From NCBI GenBank assembly GCA_947459115.1, contig CANHCC010000002.1, positions 1 through 49,939 of the forward strand: a stretch of 49,939 bases of DNA. The letters are read 5' to 3'. A program made the position numbers and the translations under genes. This DNA comes from Bacteroidota bacterium. Lineage in GTDB: Bacteria > Bacteroidota > Bacteroidia > J057 > RFSG01. Numbering within the stretch: position 1 is the stretch's first letter; the number at the start of each line of letters is the position of its first letter. Of this stretch, positions 1 to 9,281 are shown piece after piece. The notes beneath the pieces are model-generated. The model made no database searches. It was not told where the DNA came from and was given only the letters and a program-made list of their open reading frames with translations.

Positions 1-1384
1 AGGTTCACACTCACCTGACGGCTTTGCCCGGTGCAGACAGGGAGATAGGAAGACACAAACGAAGCAGTAGGAACCGGATTTACAACAATTGTTGCATTCC
101 CGGCCGCTGTGCCCGGACAGTTAGCCGAAACATTAACCATGTTGAATACCTGGTTGGAGGCAGGCGTTACCACAAACTGATAGGGGCTGTTGGTAATACC
201 GGTTACTGTCACATTACCGGATCCTGTGCTATAAGTAACATTCCATGGGGCAAACCCGGATAACCCTATTTGTATCGTACTGCTATCTCCCACACAGATT
301 GTTCTGTTGCCGGTCATAAATGCAAAGGGCGGATTGGAAATCCCAACAACAGCAGAGCCACTCACACTTCCATTGCAGGTGGCAAATACACTGCTGAGCG
401 AATAAGTCCTACTGGCGGTAGGGCTTACGGAAATTACATGCACAGGATTGGAAATGTTACCAATATTAGAGGGCGTTACACCATCTGTGTAATTGACACT
501 CCAGGGGCCGACCCCGGTGAAGTTAAAGGTTAAAGAAGTACCACTGTTCCGACAAATGGTCTGACTACCACTAATCGTTGCAGTTGGTATGGGATTGACT
601 ACCACACTCGCATTTCCGGTAAAGTTACCCGCACAGGTAGCAAATACACTTTGAATTGTATAGGTCGTATTGCTCAGCGGTGAGGTTACCGCAACAAAAG
701 GGGAGTTATTAATACCGTTAAATGGTAGGACTGTGGTTCCATCTGTCACGACCACATCCCATGGAGCTGTCCCATTCAGGTTAAGAGTAAGATTGGCATT
801 ACTACCGGTACAGATGGTTTGATTGCCTGTAATCAGGGCCGTTGGGATGGGATTCACAACGACTGTCACACTACCGGCGACTAAGCCACTACAGGTGGCA
901 AATACGGAGCTCAGAGAATAGTTACGCGTAGAAGCGGGTGTTACCGTAAAGACATAAGGATTGGAAGTAATGCCGTTTACATTGACTGCATTGGCTCCAT
1001 CCATGTAGGATAAGTTCCAAGGCGCTGTGCCTGTGAAATTGACACTTAAGGCAGTACTTCCTCCAGTACAAATCGTGTTGGCTCCGCTCAGGGTTGCAGT
1101 TGGCATAGGATTGACCTGTACTGTTGCAACTCCGGATAGAGTGCCGTTGCAAGTTGCAAATACATTGGTGAGCGTATAGGTTGAGGAGGTAGATGGGGTG
1201 ACGCTAAAAAGGAATGGAGTGGTGTTAATATTGCTCAATGTTTGAGAGCTAATGCCATCATTCCAGATTATATCCCATGGCCCTACTCCGGTGAGCGTTG
1301 CTGTCAGAGTCACAGAGCTGCCCATGCAAATGGTATGAGCCCCACTGATACTGGCAGTAGGAATAGGATTTACCACGATTTGAA
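1..1384 (-). repeat. At least 5 tandem coding repeats of ~258 bp (~86 aa) inside the giant CDS
   Basis: The motif (A/G)PW..(Y/W).DG recurs near 245, 503, 761, 1037 and 1277. The unit reads roughly VVNPIPTA.ISG.QTIC.G.S..L...FTG.APW......DG.........SP..F.VTP....TY.L.SVFATC.G...G.A.V. Confidence 0.7.
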
Positions 1385-4300
1385 TACCTGAACTACTGTT
1401 ACTTGAACATACCCCGGCTGTCACAATCCGACGATACCAGGTTGTGACGGAAGCCACGCCTGACTGAAACGCTGAATTGGTTTCCCCGGACAGAGTTACC
1501 CAACTGATATTGTTACTACTGCTTTCCCACTGATAGAAATAATTGCCATCTCCGCCGCTGGGTAATTGCCCTGTCAGAATTTGAGGTGTAGCACCGGTAC
1601 AAATCGTTTGAGCACTTCCAATTAGATTGTTTCCTATTAGACTATCTACTTTTACCAAAACAGATGCTGAAACATCCGAACACGGACCTGATGACAGGAT
1701 TCGTCTGAAATAAAGTGTTGAAGTCAAGATTCCAGGCATGTAGTTTTGGTTATTTCCGCCTCCAATTGAGGTGAAGGTACTGCCATTAGCGCTTTGTTCC
1801 CATTGGTACCCAAATACACCGGTTCCTCCGCCTGGGGTTCCACCGGTCAACATCAAGGCTACGCTGCCTGTACAAATCGTCTGGTCGCCCAACACGGTAT
1901 TACCTGTCAATTGAGGTAACACTTGTATAAGCACACTGCTACTGCTGGAAGGATTGCAGAAGCCACCCGAAACCACACGACGATAATAGGTGGACGATAC
2001 CATTGTTTGACCCGGTAAATCTTGGGAAGTTTCGCCAGGGATAACACTCCATACTACCGCATCATTACTGCTTTCCCATGCATAAGTATAAATACCACTT
2101 CCGCCTGAAGGAATGGCTCCACTCACGACCTGGCTTGTTTGGGTAGCACATAAGGTCTGCACGCCCGTAATGGTATTATTGGTAATTAGGGGCTCCACTA
2201 CCAATACGACACTTGCACTGGTTATCCCGGAACAAACGCCACTCTGTACGATTCTTCTGAAATAAGCACTTGAGGTCGGAGTGCCTGGTATATAATCCTG
2301 TGCAGTAATACCCGTCAGAGTACTCCAGGCAAGGTTATCCGGGCTGCTCTCCCAGGAATAAGTGTAGGCACCACTACCGCCACTGGGCTGACTTCCGGTT
2401 ATTGTGGTTGCAACATTTCCGATACATATCGTTTGATCGGAAGCAATGATATTTCCTGTAATACCTTGTTCAACTAATACACTTAGACTGCCCGATATAT
2501 CCGTACATGGACCTGAGGTCACAATACGGCGATAATAAGCCGAGGCTGTCAAGTTACCTTCTGTGTGATTTTGACCAGTGGCACCTGAAATAAGAATCCA
2601 GTTCAAATTGTCTGAACTACTTTCCCAAGTGTAAGTATAACTCCCATTTCCCCCTAAGGGTGAACTGCCACTAAACAATACAGGTGCCGTACCAGAACAT
2701 ATCGTTTGATTTGCAGATAGATTGTTATTGGATAGGATGGGATCCACCCAAATTTGAACATCCAGTGAGGTAGAGGCGGCACATACACCCGAACTAATGA
2801 TTCTTCTGAAATAGGTGGTGGTCGTTAATACACCGGGACTGTAATCTATCTGGGTGGCGCCTGAAACAGCTGACCAGGAGGAATTATTGGTGCTGCTGCC
2901 CCAAACATAAGTATATACACCGCTACCACCACTCGGCGCACTGCCGGTTAAAGTCGCTGCTGTATTGCCTGCACAAATGGTCTGAGCCATGGTTAGGGAA
3001 TTATTGCCCAGAGGTTGATCTACCTGAATCATCAGGCTATTTGAGCTATTGCCCGGACATAGTCCGGAACCCACCATCCTTCTGAAGTAGATAGTGGAAA
3101 TCAAAGATGGGGGAGAGTAGGATTGATTGGTTTCTCCGGGCATGACGGTCCAGGAAACATTATTGGTACTGCTTTCCCAGGAATAAGTATAAATACCATT
3201 GCCACCGGTAGGGTTGGCACCTGTCAATAACGAAGGTGTGCTTCCTGAGCAAATCGTTTGATCTGAAGTAATGATCTGAGCCCCCACAGAATCGGTGACG
3301 ACAACCGTTGCAGTACCTACAGGACTTGGGCAGCCGGCCACAGTGACAACTAAACTGTAAACCCCGCTGCGATTACTATTCGCATTTGGAATAGAATTGA
3401 TTAGGCTTGAAGAGGTGTATCCATTAGGCCCCGACCAGGCATAAGAGGCAAAGGCAGTGGGAGTGGTAGAAAGACTTAATGTATTTCCACGACAAATGGG
3501 GGAGTTGGTAATAATATTGGGGGTAGGGGGAATTGGATTCACCTGTATGGTCAACGAATTAGATAGGGCAGAGGTGGGTGTTGCACATGTCGCATTCGAG
3601 GTCATATTAACCTGCACGACGTTGCCATTGGTCAAACTATTAGTAACATAGGTTGAACTGTTGCTCCCAACCGGATTCCCGTTAATACTCCATTGATAGG
3701 AAGGACCGGTTCCTCCATTGGTTGGGGTTGCAGTAAAGGTCACATTCGTACCACTACATACACTGATACCAGGAGTCGCGGTAATGCTTACAGATGGCGT
3801 CAGAATAGGCTGAGATTCAATCCATACAGAGGACGAAGTAATGGCAGGACAAGCGCCGCCGGATACAATTCTGCGGAAATAGGTATTCGTGCTGACTGTG
3901 CCCGAAGTATAATCTTGGGTATTGGATCCTGTAATACTTACCCAGCTGGAATTATCTGTGCTTGATTCCCATTGGTAGGTATAAGTTCCACTCCCACCCG
4001 CTGGAAGACTCCCATTGAATTGAGAAGGGGTTACATTGGCGCAAAGTGTTTGAGAAGCTGAAATGGCGTTATTGGTAAGGACGGATTGTACCGTAATCGC
4101 CAAGCTGGCACAATTGGTACTAAAGGCGCCATTGAAGTTTCTGGCAAAATAAGTGGTGGTACTTCCGGGCGATACGGTAATTGGATTGCCCGTGCCCACC
4201 AAGGTGCCACCACAAGTTCCTGTGTACCAGTGAACCGTTCCGGAAGCGCCACTCGCCGAAAGCTGCACACTTCCTCCTGCACAAATAGGATTAGAAGAAG

Positions 4301-5423
4301 CAGTAACAGCAGTAGGGTCTGGAGGAAGAGTCAGGCAATTAGGTGTGAAAGTAAAGAATTGAGAGCTACACCCCGGTGCCCCACCCGTAGGGAAAGAGTT
4401 AACAATCGTATTATTTTGATCTCTGAGATTATAGCCACATTCACTTGTCCATGAACCACAAATCCATTGCAGATTGTAGGTGGTCCCATTCACAAAAGGA
4501 AAGGTCTGAGTGAAAGTCGTACCGTTTGTAAATCCGGTGCCAATTGTTCCAACCACGGTTGTCCCAATCCGAACATTTATAAAATTTCCATTCCAGCCAT
4601 CTCCCCATGAATCTGTCAGGTTAAAGGTATATACACAACAGTTGGAAGGCGTAATGGTCAAGACATTCGATACAGAGGAGATACCGGAATTGCTGCAGGT
4701 AACAACCATACGATAGTACATGACAGAAGTAGTGCTGGTGGTAAAGGAAAGCCCATTGCCTCCTGTAATGTTGGTCCAGGTTAAATTATTCGTGCTGGAC
4801 TGCCATTGATACGTGATGCCTAAACCCGAGGTGGCACCTGTGTTGGTCATGGTAAAATTATTCCCGGAGCACACAGTAGTGGGCGCTGCAATCGTACCGG
4901 CTGTTGGGGTGCCCGCACAATTGACAGTGCAGGTTACACAACGCCATCTTATAGTATGAGAGGAAAAGTTGGTAAGACAATTAAATTGGTTGATTAAGAC
5001 TCTTACCTGACCGGTAAAAGTTGCAGTCCATAATATCTTTGGTAATAAGCCACACAGATCATCGCTGTAGCAAATATTTACATTTCCTGTGGTTTTTAGG
5101 GTCAATTGTCTATCTCCGGTTGCCACTGCTCCATCAACAGTGCATAAACTCCATTCATACTGCTGTCCTGCAGTTACATTAAAAGTATTATACTCCCCTC
5201 CAAAGGTTGCTGCAGTGGCATTAACGAAAGTATTGGAGGTTGTTGAGTGGGTTATCCCCCATGGTACTCCCTGAGCAGCACAACCGCCTCCCAAACATTG
5301 CCCCGCTTGTCCTTGAGCCTCTTGGGTCGTGAAAGTAAATATCAAAAAGCTAAAGCACCACAAAAACACATGGGCTATGTTTTTTTGAATAATTTTATCT
5401 TTTGTAGAAATAATAGAATTCAT
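1..5423 (-). CDS. Giant repetitive secreted/cell-surface protein, N-terminal ~1807 aa (C-terminus lies beyond the window edge); adhesin-like, probable T9SS/gliding-type cargo
   Basis: It is absent from the ORF track because the frame stays open to position 1. Manual reverse-complement translation from the ATG at 5423-5421 gives MNSIISTKDKIIQKNIAHVFLWCFSFLIFTFTTQEAQGQAGQCLGGGC..., which looks like a signal peptide. I spot-checked the frame at 4440-4679 (..SNCCVYTFNLTDSWGDGWNGNFINVRIGTTVVG..YNLQWICGSWTSE) and at 2220-2279 (PTSSAYFRRIVQSGVCSGIT). Only short ORFs in other frames are listed across 1-5440. The protein is Thr/Ser/Gly/Asn-rich, has paired Cys in each module, and contains two tandem repeat families. 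Confidence 0.85.
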   Translation of the reverse strand, partial: MNSIISTKDKIIQKNIAHVFLWCFSFLIFTFTTQEAQGQAGQCLGGGCAAQGVPWGITHSTTSNTFVNATAATFGGEYNTFNVTAGQQYEWSLCTVDGAVATGDRQLTLKTTGNVNICYSDDLCGLLPKILWTATFTGQVRVLINQFNCLTNFSSHTIRWRCVTCTVNCAGTPTAGTIAAPTTVCSGNNFTMTNTGATSGLGITYQWQSSTNNLTWTNITGGNGLSFTTSTTSVMYYRMVVTCSNSGISSVSNVLTITPSNCCVYTFNLTDSWGDGWNGNFINVRIGTTVVGTIGTGFTNGTTFTQTFPFVNGTTYNLQWICGSWTSECGYNLRDQNNTIVNSFPTGGAPGCSSQFFTFTPNCLTLPPDPTAVTASSNPICAGGSVQLSASGASGTVHWYTGTCGGTLVGTGNPITVSPGSTTTYFARNFNGAFSTNCASLAITVQSVLTNNAISASQTLCANVTPSQFNGSLPAGGSGTYTYQWESSTDNSSWVSITGSNTQDYTSGTVSTNTYFRRIVSGGACPAITSSSVWIESQPILTPSVSITATPGISVCSGTNVTFTATPTNGGTGPSYQWSINGNPVGSNSSTYVTNSLTNGNVVQVNMTSNATCATPTSALSNSLTIQVNPIPPTPNIITNSPICRGNTLSLSTTPTAFASYAWSGPNGYTSSSLINSIPNANSNRSGVYSLVVTVAGCPSPVGTATVVVTDSVGAQIITSDQTICSGSTPSLLTGANPTGGNGIYTYSWESSTNNVSWTVMPGETNQSYSPPSLISTIYFRRMVGSGLCPGNSSNSLMIQVDQPLGNNSLTMAQTICAGNTAATLTGSAPSGGSGVYTYVWGSSTNNSSWSAVSGATQIDYSPGVLTTTTYFRRIISSGVCAASTSLDVQIWVDPILSNNNLSANQTICSGTAPVLFSGSSPLGGNGSYTYTWESSSDNLNWILISGATGQNHTEGNLTASAYYRRIVTSGPCTDISGSLSVLVEQGITGNIIASDQTICIGNVATTITGSQPSGGSGAYTYSWESSPDNLAWSTLTGITAQDYIPGTPTSSAYFRRIVQSGVCSGITSASVVLVVEPLITNNTITGVQTLCATQTSQVVSGAIPSGGSGIYTYAWESSNDAVVWSVIPGETSQDLPGQTMVSSTYYRRVVSGGFCNPSSSSSVLIQVLPQLTGNTVLGDQTICTGSVALMLTGGTPGGGTGVFGYQWEQSANGSTFTSIGGGNNQNYMPGILTSTLYFRRILSSGPCSDVSASVLVKVDSLIGNNLIGSAQTICTGATPQILTGQLPSGGDGNYFYQWESSSNNISWVTLSGETNSAFQSGVASVTTWYRRIVTAGVCSSNSSSGIQIVVNPIPTASISGAHTICMGSSVTLTATLTGVGPWDIIWNDGISSQTLSNINTTPFLFSVTPSTSSTYTLTNVFATCNGTLSGVATVQVNPMPTATLSGANTICTGGSTALSVNFTGTAPWNLSYMDGANAVNVNGITSNPYVFTVTPASTRNYSLSSVFATCSGLVAGSVTVVVNPIPTALITGNQTICTGSNANLTLNLNGTAPWDVVVTDGTTVLPFNGINNSPFVAVTSPLSNTTYTIQSVFATCAGNFTGNASVVVNPIPTATISGSQTICRNSGTSLTFNFTGVGPWSVNYTDGVTPSNIGNISNPVHVISVSPTASRTYSLSSVFATCNGSVSGSAVVGISNPPFAFMTGNRTICVGDSSTIQIGLSGFAPWNVTYSTGSGNVTVTGITNSPYQFVVTPASNQVFNMVNVSANCPGTAAGNATIVVNPVPTASFVSSYLPVCTGQSRQVSVN
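1385..3300 (-). repeat. 7 tandem coding repeats of ~276 bp (~92 aa) inside the giant CDS
   Basis: The Y.(W)E(S)S Trp codons recur near 1527, 1803, 2077, 2353, 2634, 2902 and 3177. The unit reads roughly QTIC.G..P..L.GS.P.GG.G.Y.Y.WE.S..N..W..I.GAT.Q.Y.PG.LT.T.YFRR.V.SG.C....S..V.I.V. Isolated diverged copies sit near 3966 and 4800. Confidence 0.75.
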
Positions 5424-5443
5424 AATCCTTGCCTTTGGAGGGG

Positions 5444-5875
5444 TTAATCCTGAATAGTTAATCTAAATTCTTTCTCCATTCTCTCCCGCTTTTCAAAAGG
5501 CATGGCCTCGTACTCTTGACGGCTTATGGTGATTTTTAACGGGAACTCTTCATCCGGAGCTAAGATATAGGTTGTAGGATGGGATAAAATGTGAACTTTT
5601 CTTTCCTGGGTAAACGAATAGAATTTCCCCACAGGTATCAGGATGGGATTAGCGCTTCTTTGATACCACTCCAGCCAGTTTGGATAAAGTAAATCTGAAA
5701 TCTTAATACCGGAATCTTCAAATACGATCTCTTTCTCCTGTGCCTCCTTAACCTTGAGCAGGTATTCCGCTCTTTTTAAAATGAGCTGAGAACTTTGGCT
5801 AAATAGGGGATTGGAAACAACCCCGGCAGAAAGAAAAAAGAAAAGAGAAACAAGTGTGGTAAGGTTTGGCTTCAT
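5444..5875 (-). CDS. Hypothetical secreted protein, probably co-transcribed upstream of the giant surface protein
   Basis: 143-aa ORF. The N-terminus MKPNLTTLVSLFFFLSAGVVSNPLFSQ looks like a signal peptide. Its stop lies 20 nt before the giant CDS ATG on the same strand. I recognise no family. Confidence 0.6.
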   Translation of the reverse strand: MKPNLTTLVSLFFFLSAGVVSNPLFSQSSQLILKRAEYLLKVKEAQEKEIVFEDSGIKISDLLYPNWLEWYQRSANPILIPVGKFYSFTQERKVHILSHPTTYILAPDEEFPLKITISRQEYEAMPFEKRERMEKEFRLTIQD

Positions 5876-6386
5876 AAAAATCGTATAGGTGCATCTATTA
5901 TAGATTCGTTATCCCAAAGTTACGAATAAAAAATTATAATTTAAAATAAAGGTCAAAAGTTCCGGCTAAGGCATAATTCGACACCTAAATTAATTGTATT
6001 GATTATAATTTGTATTGAAAATCAGTCGATTAGTTTTGGCTTCGCTCCAATCAACAGAATCCGTCTTTGGCCCTATTTATCCATCATCCCCCAGGTCTCC
6101 CTCAAATTAGGCCGGCTTTGGGGCATTAAATCTGCCCGGATTTTCAGGAGTTTGATTCCCATGTGAGAATTTCTAATCTCATTTTCCTCGCCTTAGAATT
6201 CACCTGGATCCTCGCAATGAGTGGGTCGTAACAATGTGTGAGAGAATAGTTATTAAGCGATTTTCAGAGACGACTAAAGATTTTGTTGGAGTTCCGTTCA
6301 AATCAAATTAGTAGCCAAATATGAATAAATATATACTGATTATCAGGCATTAACAATTCAATCAGCCAAATTCTCCGCATAATGCT

Positions 6387-6394
6387 TAATTTTG
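6387..6394 (+). promoter_or_regulatory. Candidate Bacteroidota sigma-A -7 box (TAATTTTG, fits TAnnTTTG)
   Basis: The motif lies 55 nt upstream of the 6449 ATG. I saw no clear -33 TTTG partner. Confidence 0.3.
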
Positions 6395-6448
6395 CAATTC
6401 ATTTGTGGTTGAATGCCACAAGAAAACAAAACGAAACCTCTTTGACTT

Positions 6449-6985
6449 ATGTCCACACCAGCACAAACGGATCAATTGAGCGTTAAAAAAGCAACCCCTG
6501 CTGATGTAGAGGTTATTCATGCCCTTGCTTTGGCATCCTGGGAGGCTACTTACAAAAAGATTTTATCTAAAGATCAGATACAATTTATGTTTAAAGAGCT
6601 CTTCACCGAAGAAGCCCTGGTAAAACAAATGGTTACCCAACAACATATTTTTTACATTCAATATCAGAATGAGGTTCCAACCGGATTCGCCTCATTCAGC
6701 TTAAAAGAACCGATCGAGAAAATATACAAGTTACATCGCTTGTATCTCAAACCCGATGTTCAGAAGAAAGGCCTGGGTAAACATTTGCTCAACTTCATTG
6801 AGAAAACCATAGCAATGGACGGCGGAACCATCATGGAGCTGAATGTGAATCGGAAAAATACAGTCAAAGACTTTTATCAAAAGCATGGCTACCGGGTTCA
6901 TCAAACCGTGGATATTCCGTTCAAGCAATATTGGCTGAACGATTATATCATGCGCAAAAAGCTTAACAAAGAAAATTACCAGTAG
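6449..6985 (+). CDS. GNAT family N-acetyltransferase
   Basis: 178 aa. It carries an acetyl-CoA binding motif context, LYLKPDVQKKGLGKHLLNFIEK (Q/R-x-x-G-x-G/A type). Confidence 0.75.
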   Translation: MSTPAQTDQLSVKKATPADVEVIHALALASWEATYKKILSKDQIQFMFKELFTEEALVKQMVTQQHIFYIQYQNEVPTGFASFSLKEPIEKIYKLHRLYLKPDVQKKGLGKHLLNFIEKTIAMDGGTIMELNVNRKNTVKDFYQKHGYRVHQTVDIPFKQYWLNDYIMRKKLNKENYQ

Positions 6986-6986
6986 A

Positions 6987-7610
6987 ATGAAGCGTCCGGG
7001 AAAACGATTCTGGGTGCTTCTTGTGGTTATTCTCCTTTCCCCCTTTTTCTTAATAGTCTTCAAAAATCCTATTCTAAGAGGAATTGGTTCATTTTTGGTT
7101 TCCACGGATGAATTGAAGCCTTGTCAGGCCATTTTTGTGCTAGGGGGCGGTGCCAATGCCAGAGGAAGTAAGGCGGCTGAAATTTGGAAAAAAGGAATGG
7201 CGCCCATCGTTTATTGTCTTGGAAAGCCAAACAAAAAGGAGTGGGAAATGATGGGATTTAAACCAAAAGAGATGAATTTAACCAGGCCTTATGTTGTTCA
7301 AAATGGGGTTCCGGATTTTCTTGTTCAAAATATCACACAGGGGACTTCCACCCATGAAGAAAGGGAACTCATTCTGGCTATGGCCAGAAAACATCAATAC
7401 CAATGCGTCATCGTGGTATCCTCAGAAATGCATACAAGGCGTGTCAGACAACATTTTCAAGATAGGTTTGATGCCGCAGGCGTGGAGTTGATTCTGCTGG
7501 GAGCCTCGGATACCAACTATACTCCCGATAATTGGTGGTCCAGAGAAGATGGGCTCATATTCGTGAATAATGAGTATATCAAGTTGCTGTATTATTTCCT
7601 GAAGCATTGA
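6987..7610 (+). CDS. YdcF/ElyC-like DUF218 domain protein
   Basis: 207 aa with an N-terminal TM segment. The FVLGGG...VVSSEMHTRRV pattern is typical of DUF218. It starts 1 nt after the GNAT stop. Confidence 0.65.
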   Translation: MKRPGKRFWVLLVVILLSPFFLIVFKNPILRGIGSFLVSTDELKPCQAIFVLGGGANARGSKAAEIWKKGMAPIVYCLGKPNKKEWEMMGFKPKEMNLTRPYVVQNGVPDFLVQNITQGTSTHEERELILAMARKHQYQCVIVVSSEMHTRRVRQHFQDRFDAAGVELILLGASDTNYTPDNWWSREDGLIFVNNEYIKLLYYFLKH

Positions 7611-7655
7611 GGTTGGTTACCTCCTCAATCCTTAATTCTTTTGTAAATTCACCCT

Positions 7656-7979
7656 ATGAAACTCGAATACACCCATAACCTTCAACAAGATCAGGCCGTT
7701 AAAAAATTAGCCCCCTTTTTGGAGCAACTTAAAACCCAATATGGAGATAAAATCAAAATAGTTAAAGAGGAATGGAAAGACAACATTCTATCTTTTCGCA
7801 TTAAAGTTAAAACCGGAATTCCGTTTGTAGAACCTGAAATCCCGGGGCTGATTACGGTTGAAGACAATCGGTTATGGGCAGAAGCGCCGGTACCTGCATT
7901 TGCTGAATCATTGGCGACGGAAGCCCAGGTAAAATTCACAGAAGTTCTCAACCGCTGTTTTCAATCAGAAGCAATATGA
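7656..7979 (+). CDS. Small hypothetical protein (possibly PHA-granule-region-like family; weak)
   Basis: 107-aa ORF that overlaps the next gene by 4 bp (ATGA coupling). The family guess rests only on overall resemblance. Confidence 0.5.
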   Translation: MKLEYTHNLQQDQAVKKLAPFLEQLKTQYGDKIKIVKEEWKDNILSFRIKVKTGIPFVEPEIPGLITVEDNRLWAEAPVPAFAESLATEAQVKFTEVLNRCFQSEAI

Positions 7980-8380
7980 TGGCCTGGCCGGAGCCTTTTC
8001 TGATAGATTTTCCCGGGATCGGTAAATCGGACATTGGCTATATCTCCGTTGCCGAGAATCCTAATTTGCCTTTTCAGGTTCAAAGAGTTTTCTGGACTTA
8101 TTACACCCCCCAGGAAATTATACGGGGACGACATGCGCACCACCAATTACAACAAGTCCTGATTGCTGTTGCTGGCTCCATTCGCATTCGAACAGAAAAT
8201 CGGAAAGGAATTGTGTCAGAGTTTTTGTTGGACAAACCTTCATTTGGTTTATACATGCCTCCCGATCATTGGCATACCATGCAATATTCGCATTCCGCGG
8301 TTCAGCTCACGCTGGCTTCTCTGCCGTATGATGAAACAGATTATATTCGGGATTATGAGGCTTTTCTTAAAGGCATTTAA
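7976..8380 (+). CDS. FdtA/WxcM-like sugar 3,4-ketoisomerase (cupin)
   Basis: 134 aa. The stretches RVFWTY..P....RGRHAH..L.Q.LIAVAGS and LYMPP..WH resemble the FdtA/QdtA cupin core. Confidence 0.65.
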   Translation: MMAWPEPFLIDFPGIGKSDIGYISVAENPNLPFQVQRVFWTYYTPQEIIRGRHAHHQLQQVLIAVAGSIRIRTENRKGIVSEFLLDKPSFGLYMPPDHWHTMQYSHSAVQLTLASLPYDETDYIRDYEAFLKGI

Positions 8381-8823
8381 CCTCGTTCCATATCCCGACG
8401 AATGTCTTTTTCTTTAATAGATTCCCGCTTATCATGCGTTTGCTTTCCTTTCGCCAGGGCAATCTCTAATTTTACGAGCCCTCTGGGGTTGATAAACAAT
8501 TTCACCGGAATGAGCGTGAGCCCTTGTTCCTGAACCTTCTTTCGGATTTTTTGAAGTTCAGCACGCTTTAATAACAGCCTGCGCGGGCGCCTTGGGTCAT
8601 GGTTGTGTAGATTTCCAAAATCGTACTCACTGATATGCAGCTCTCGTATAAATAAATCATTGCCCATGAAGGCACACCAGGCATCTGCAAATTGTACTTT
8701 CCCGGCACGAATACTTTTTACCTCAGTTCCTTTTAATTCAATGCCTGCGATCCAGGTCTCCAAAAAGAAATAATCGTAAGAGGCTTTTCGGTTGCGAAAT
8801 TCAGTTTGGGGAGATTTACTCAT
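8377..8823 (-). CDS. smpB: SsrA-binding protein SmpB
   Basis: 148 aa. It contains KSIR.GKV.F.DA.C...G..LF...LHISEY...N..NHDPRRPRRLLL.R.EL.KI, matching conserved SmpB blocks. Confidence 0.95.
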   Translation of the reverse strand: MSKSPQTEFRNRKASYDYFFLETWIAGIELKGTEVKSIRAGKVQFADAWCAFMGNDLFIRELHISEYDFGNLHNHDPRRPRRLLLKRAELQKIRKKVQEQGLTLIPVKLFINPRGLVKLEIALAKGKQTHDKRESIKEKDIRRDMERG

Positions 8824-9221
8824 AATTGTGCCTGCAGAGATTGAAGTAACTGATCAAACCTGGCTTTGTCTAATATTTTTTGAATTTGTTTGCCTTTGCC
8901 AATGAGATGCCCATTCGCCTCTGCTGTCCAACTGCAAACCACTTCACGATCTACTACAGATTCCAAACAGGCAGAAATTTTAATTTTGGACCCTAGGGGT
9001 GCCGGATACAAATGCTCTACGGATAAAAAAGTACCGACACCTTCCTCTCCTGTCTCCTTCATCTCCAACACAAACAGGCGACATGCCCATTCTACATCTT
9101 TCCCGAGTGCAAAGGTGGAATACACCGGATGAACCATCCCTGATTCAAATGACGCGAGTTTTTCCTCTGTAACTTTCGTTTCAAAGATCTTGAGGTCACC
9201 AGTCCGGAATGGATTTTTCAT
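8820..9221 (-). CDS. Hotdog-fold thioesterase family protein (FlK-like)
   Basis: 133 aa. The layout V.E......F.SG.V.PV.ST.AL......A followed by a central-helix/beta-sheet region resembles FlK-like thioesterases. It overlaps smpB by 4 bp. Confidence 0.55.
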   Translation of the reverse strand: MKNPFRTGDLKIFETKVTEEKLASFESGMVHPVYSTFALGKDVEWACRLFVLEMKETGEEGVGTFLSVEHLYPAPLGSKIKISACLESVVDREVVCSWTAEANGHLIGKGKQIQKILDKARFDQLLQSLQAQL

Positions 9222-9281
9222 GCTACAAAATTAAGGGATAATATCATTTGTGTTTTTCGTTAGAGGCCTCCACGCCATGTT

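Noticed and set aside
24-5447. About 20 short ORFs (60-122 aa) listed on both strands across the first 5.4 kb
   Set aside because: All are out of frame with, or antisense to, the single giant open frame (1-5423, minus strand). Their products are low-complexity shadows of the repeat-rich CDS.
5876-6448. 573-bp intergenic region scanned for RNA genes or small ORFs
   Set aside because: It is AT-rich, with no tRNA-like or riboswitch-like conserved strings that I recognise. It most likely holds the divergent promoters and leader for the surface-protein operon and the GNAT gene. One small hairpin (TTGTGG/CCACAA, about 6404-6424) is unremarkable.
8377-8380. Overlapping convergent stop codons (TTAA) of the FdtA-like gene and smpB
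   Set aside because: The overlap is real, but it is a trivial consequence of compact genome packing. It is mentioned under the FdtA finding only.
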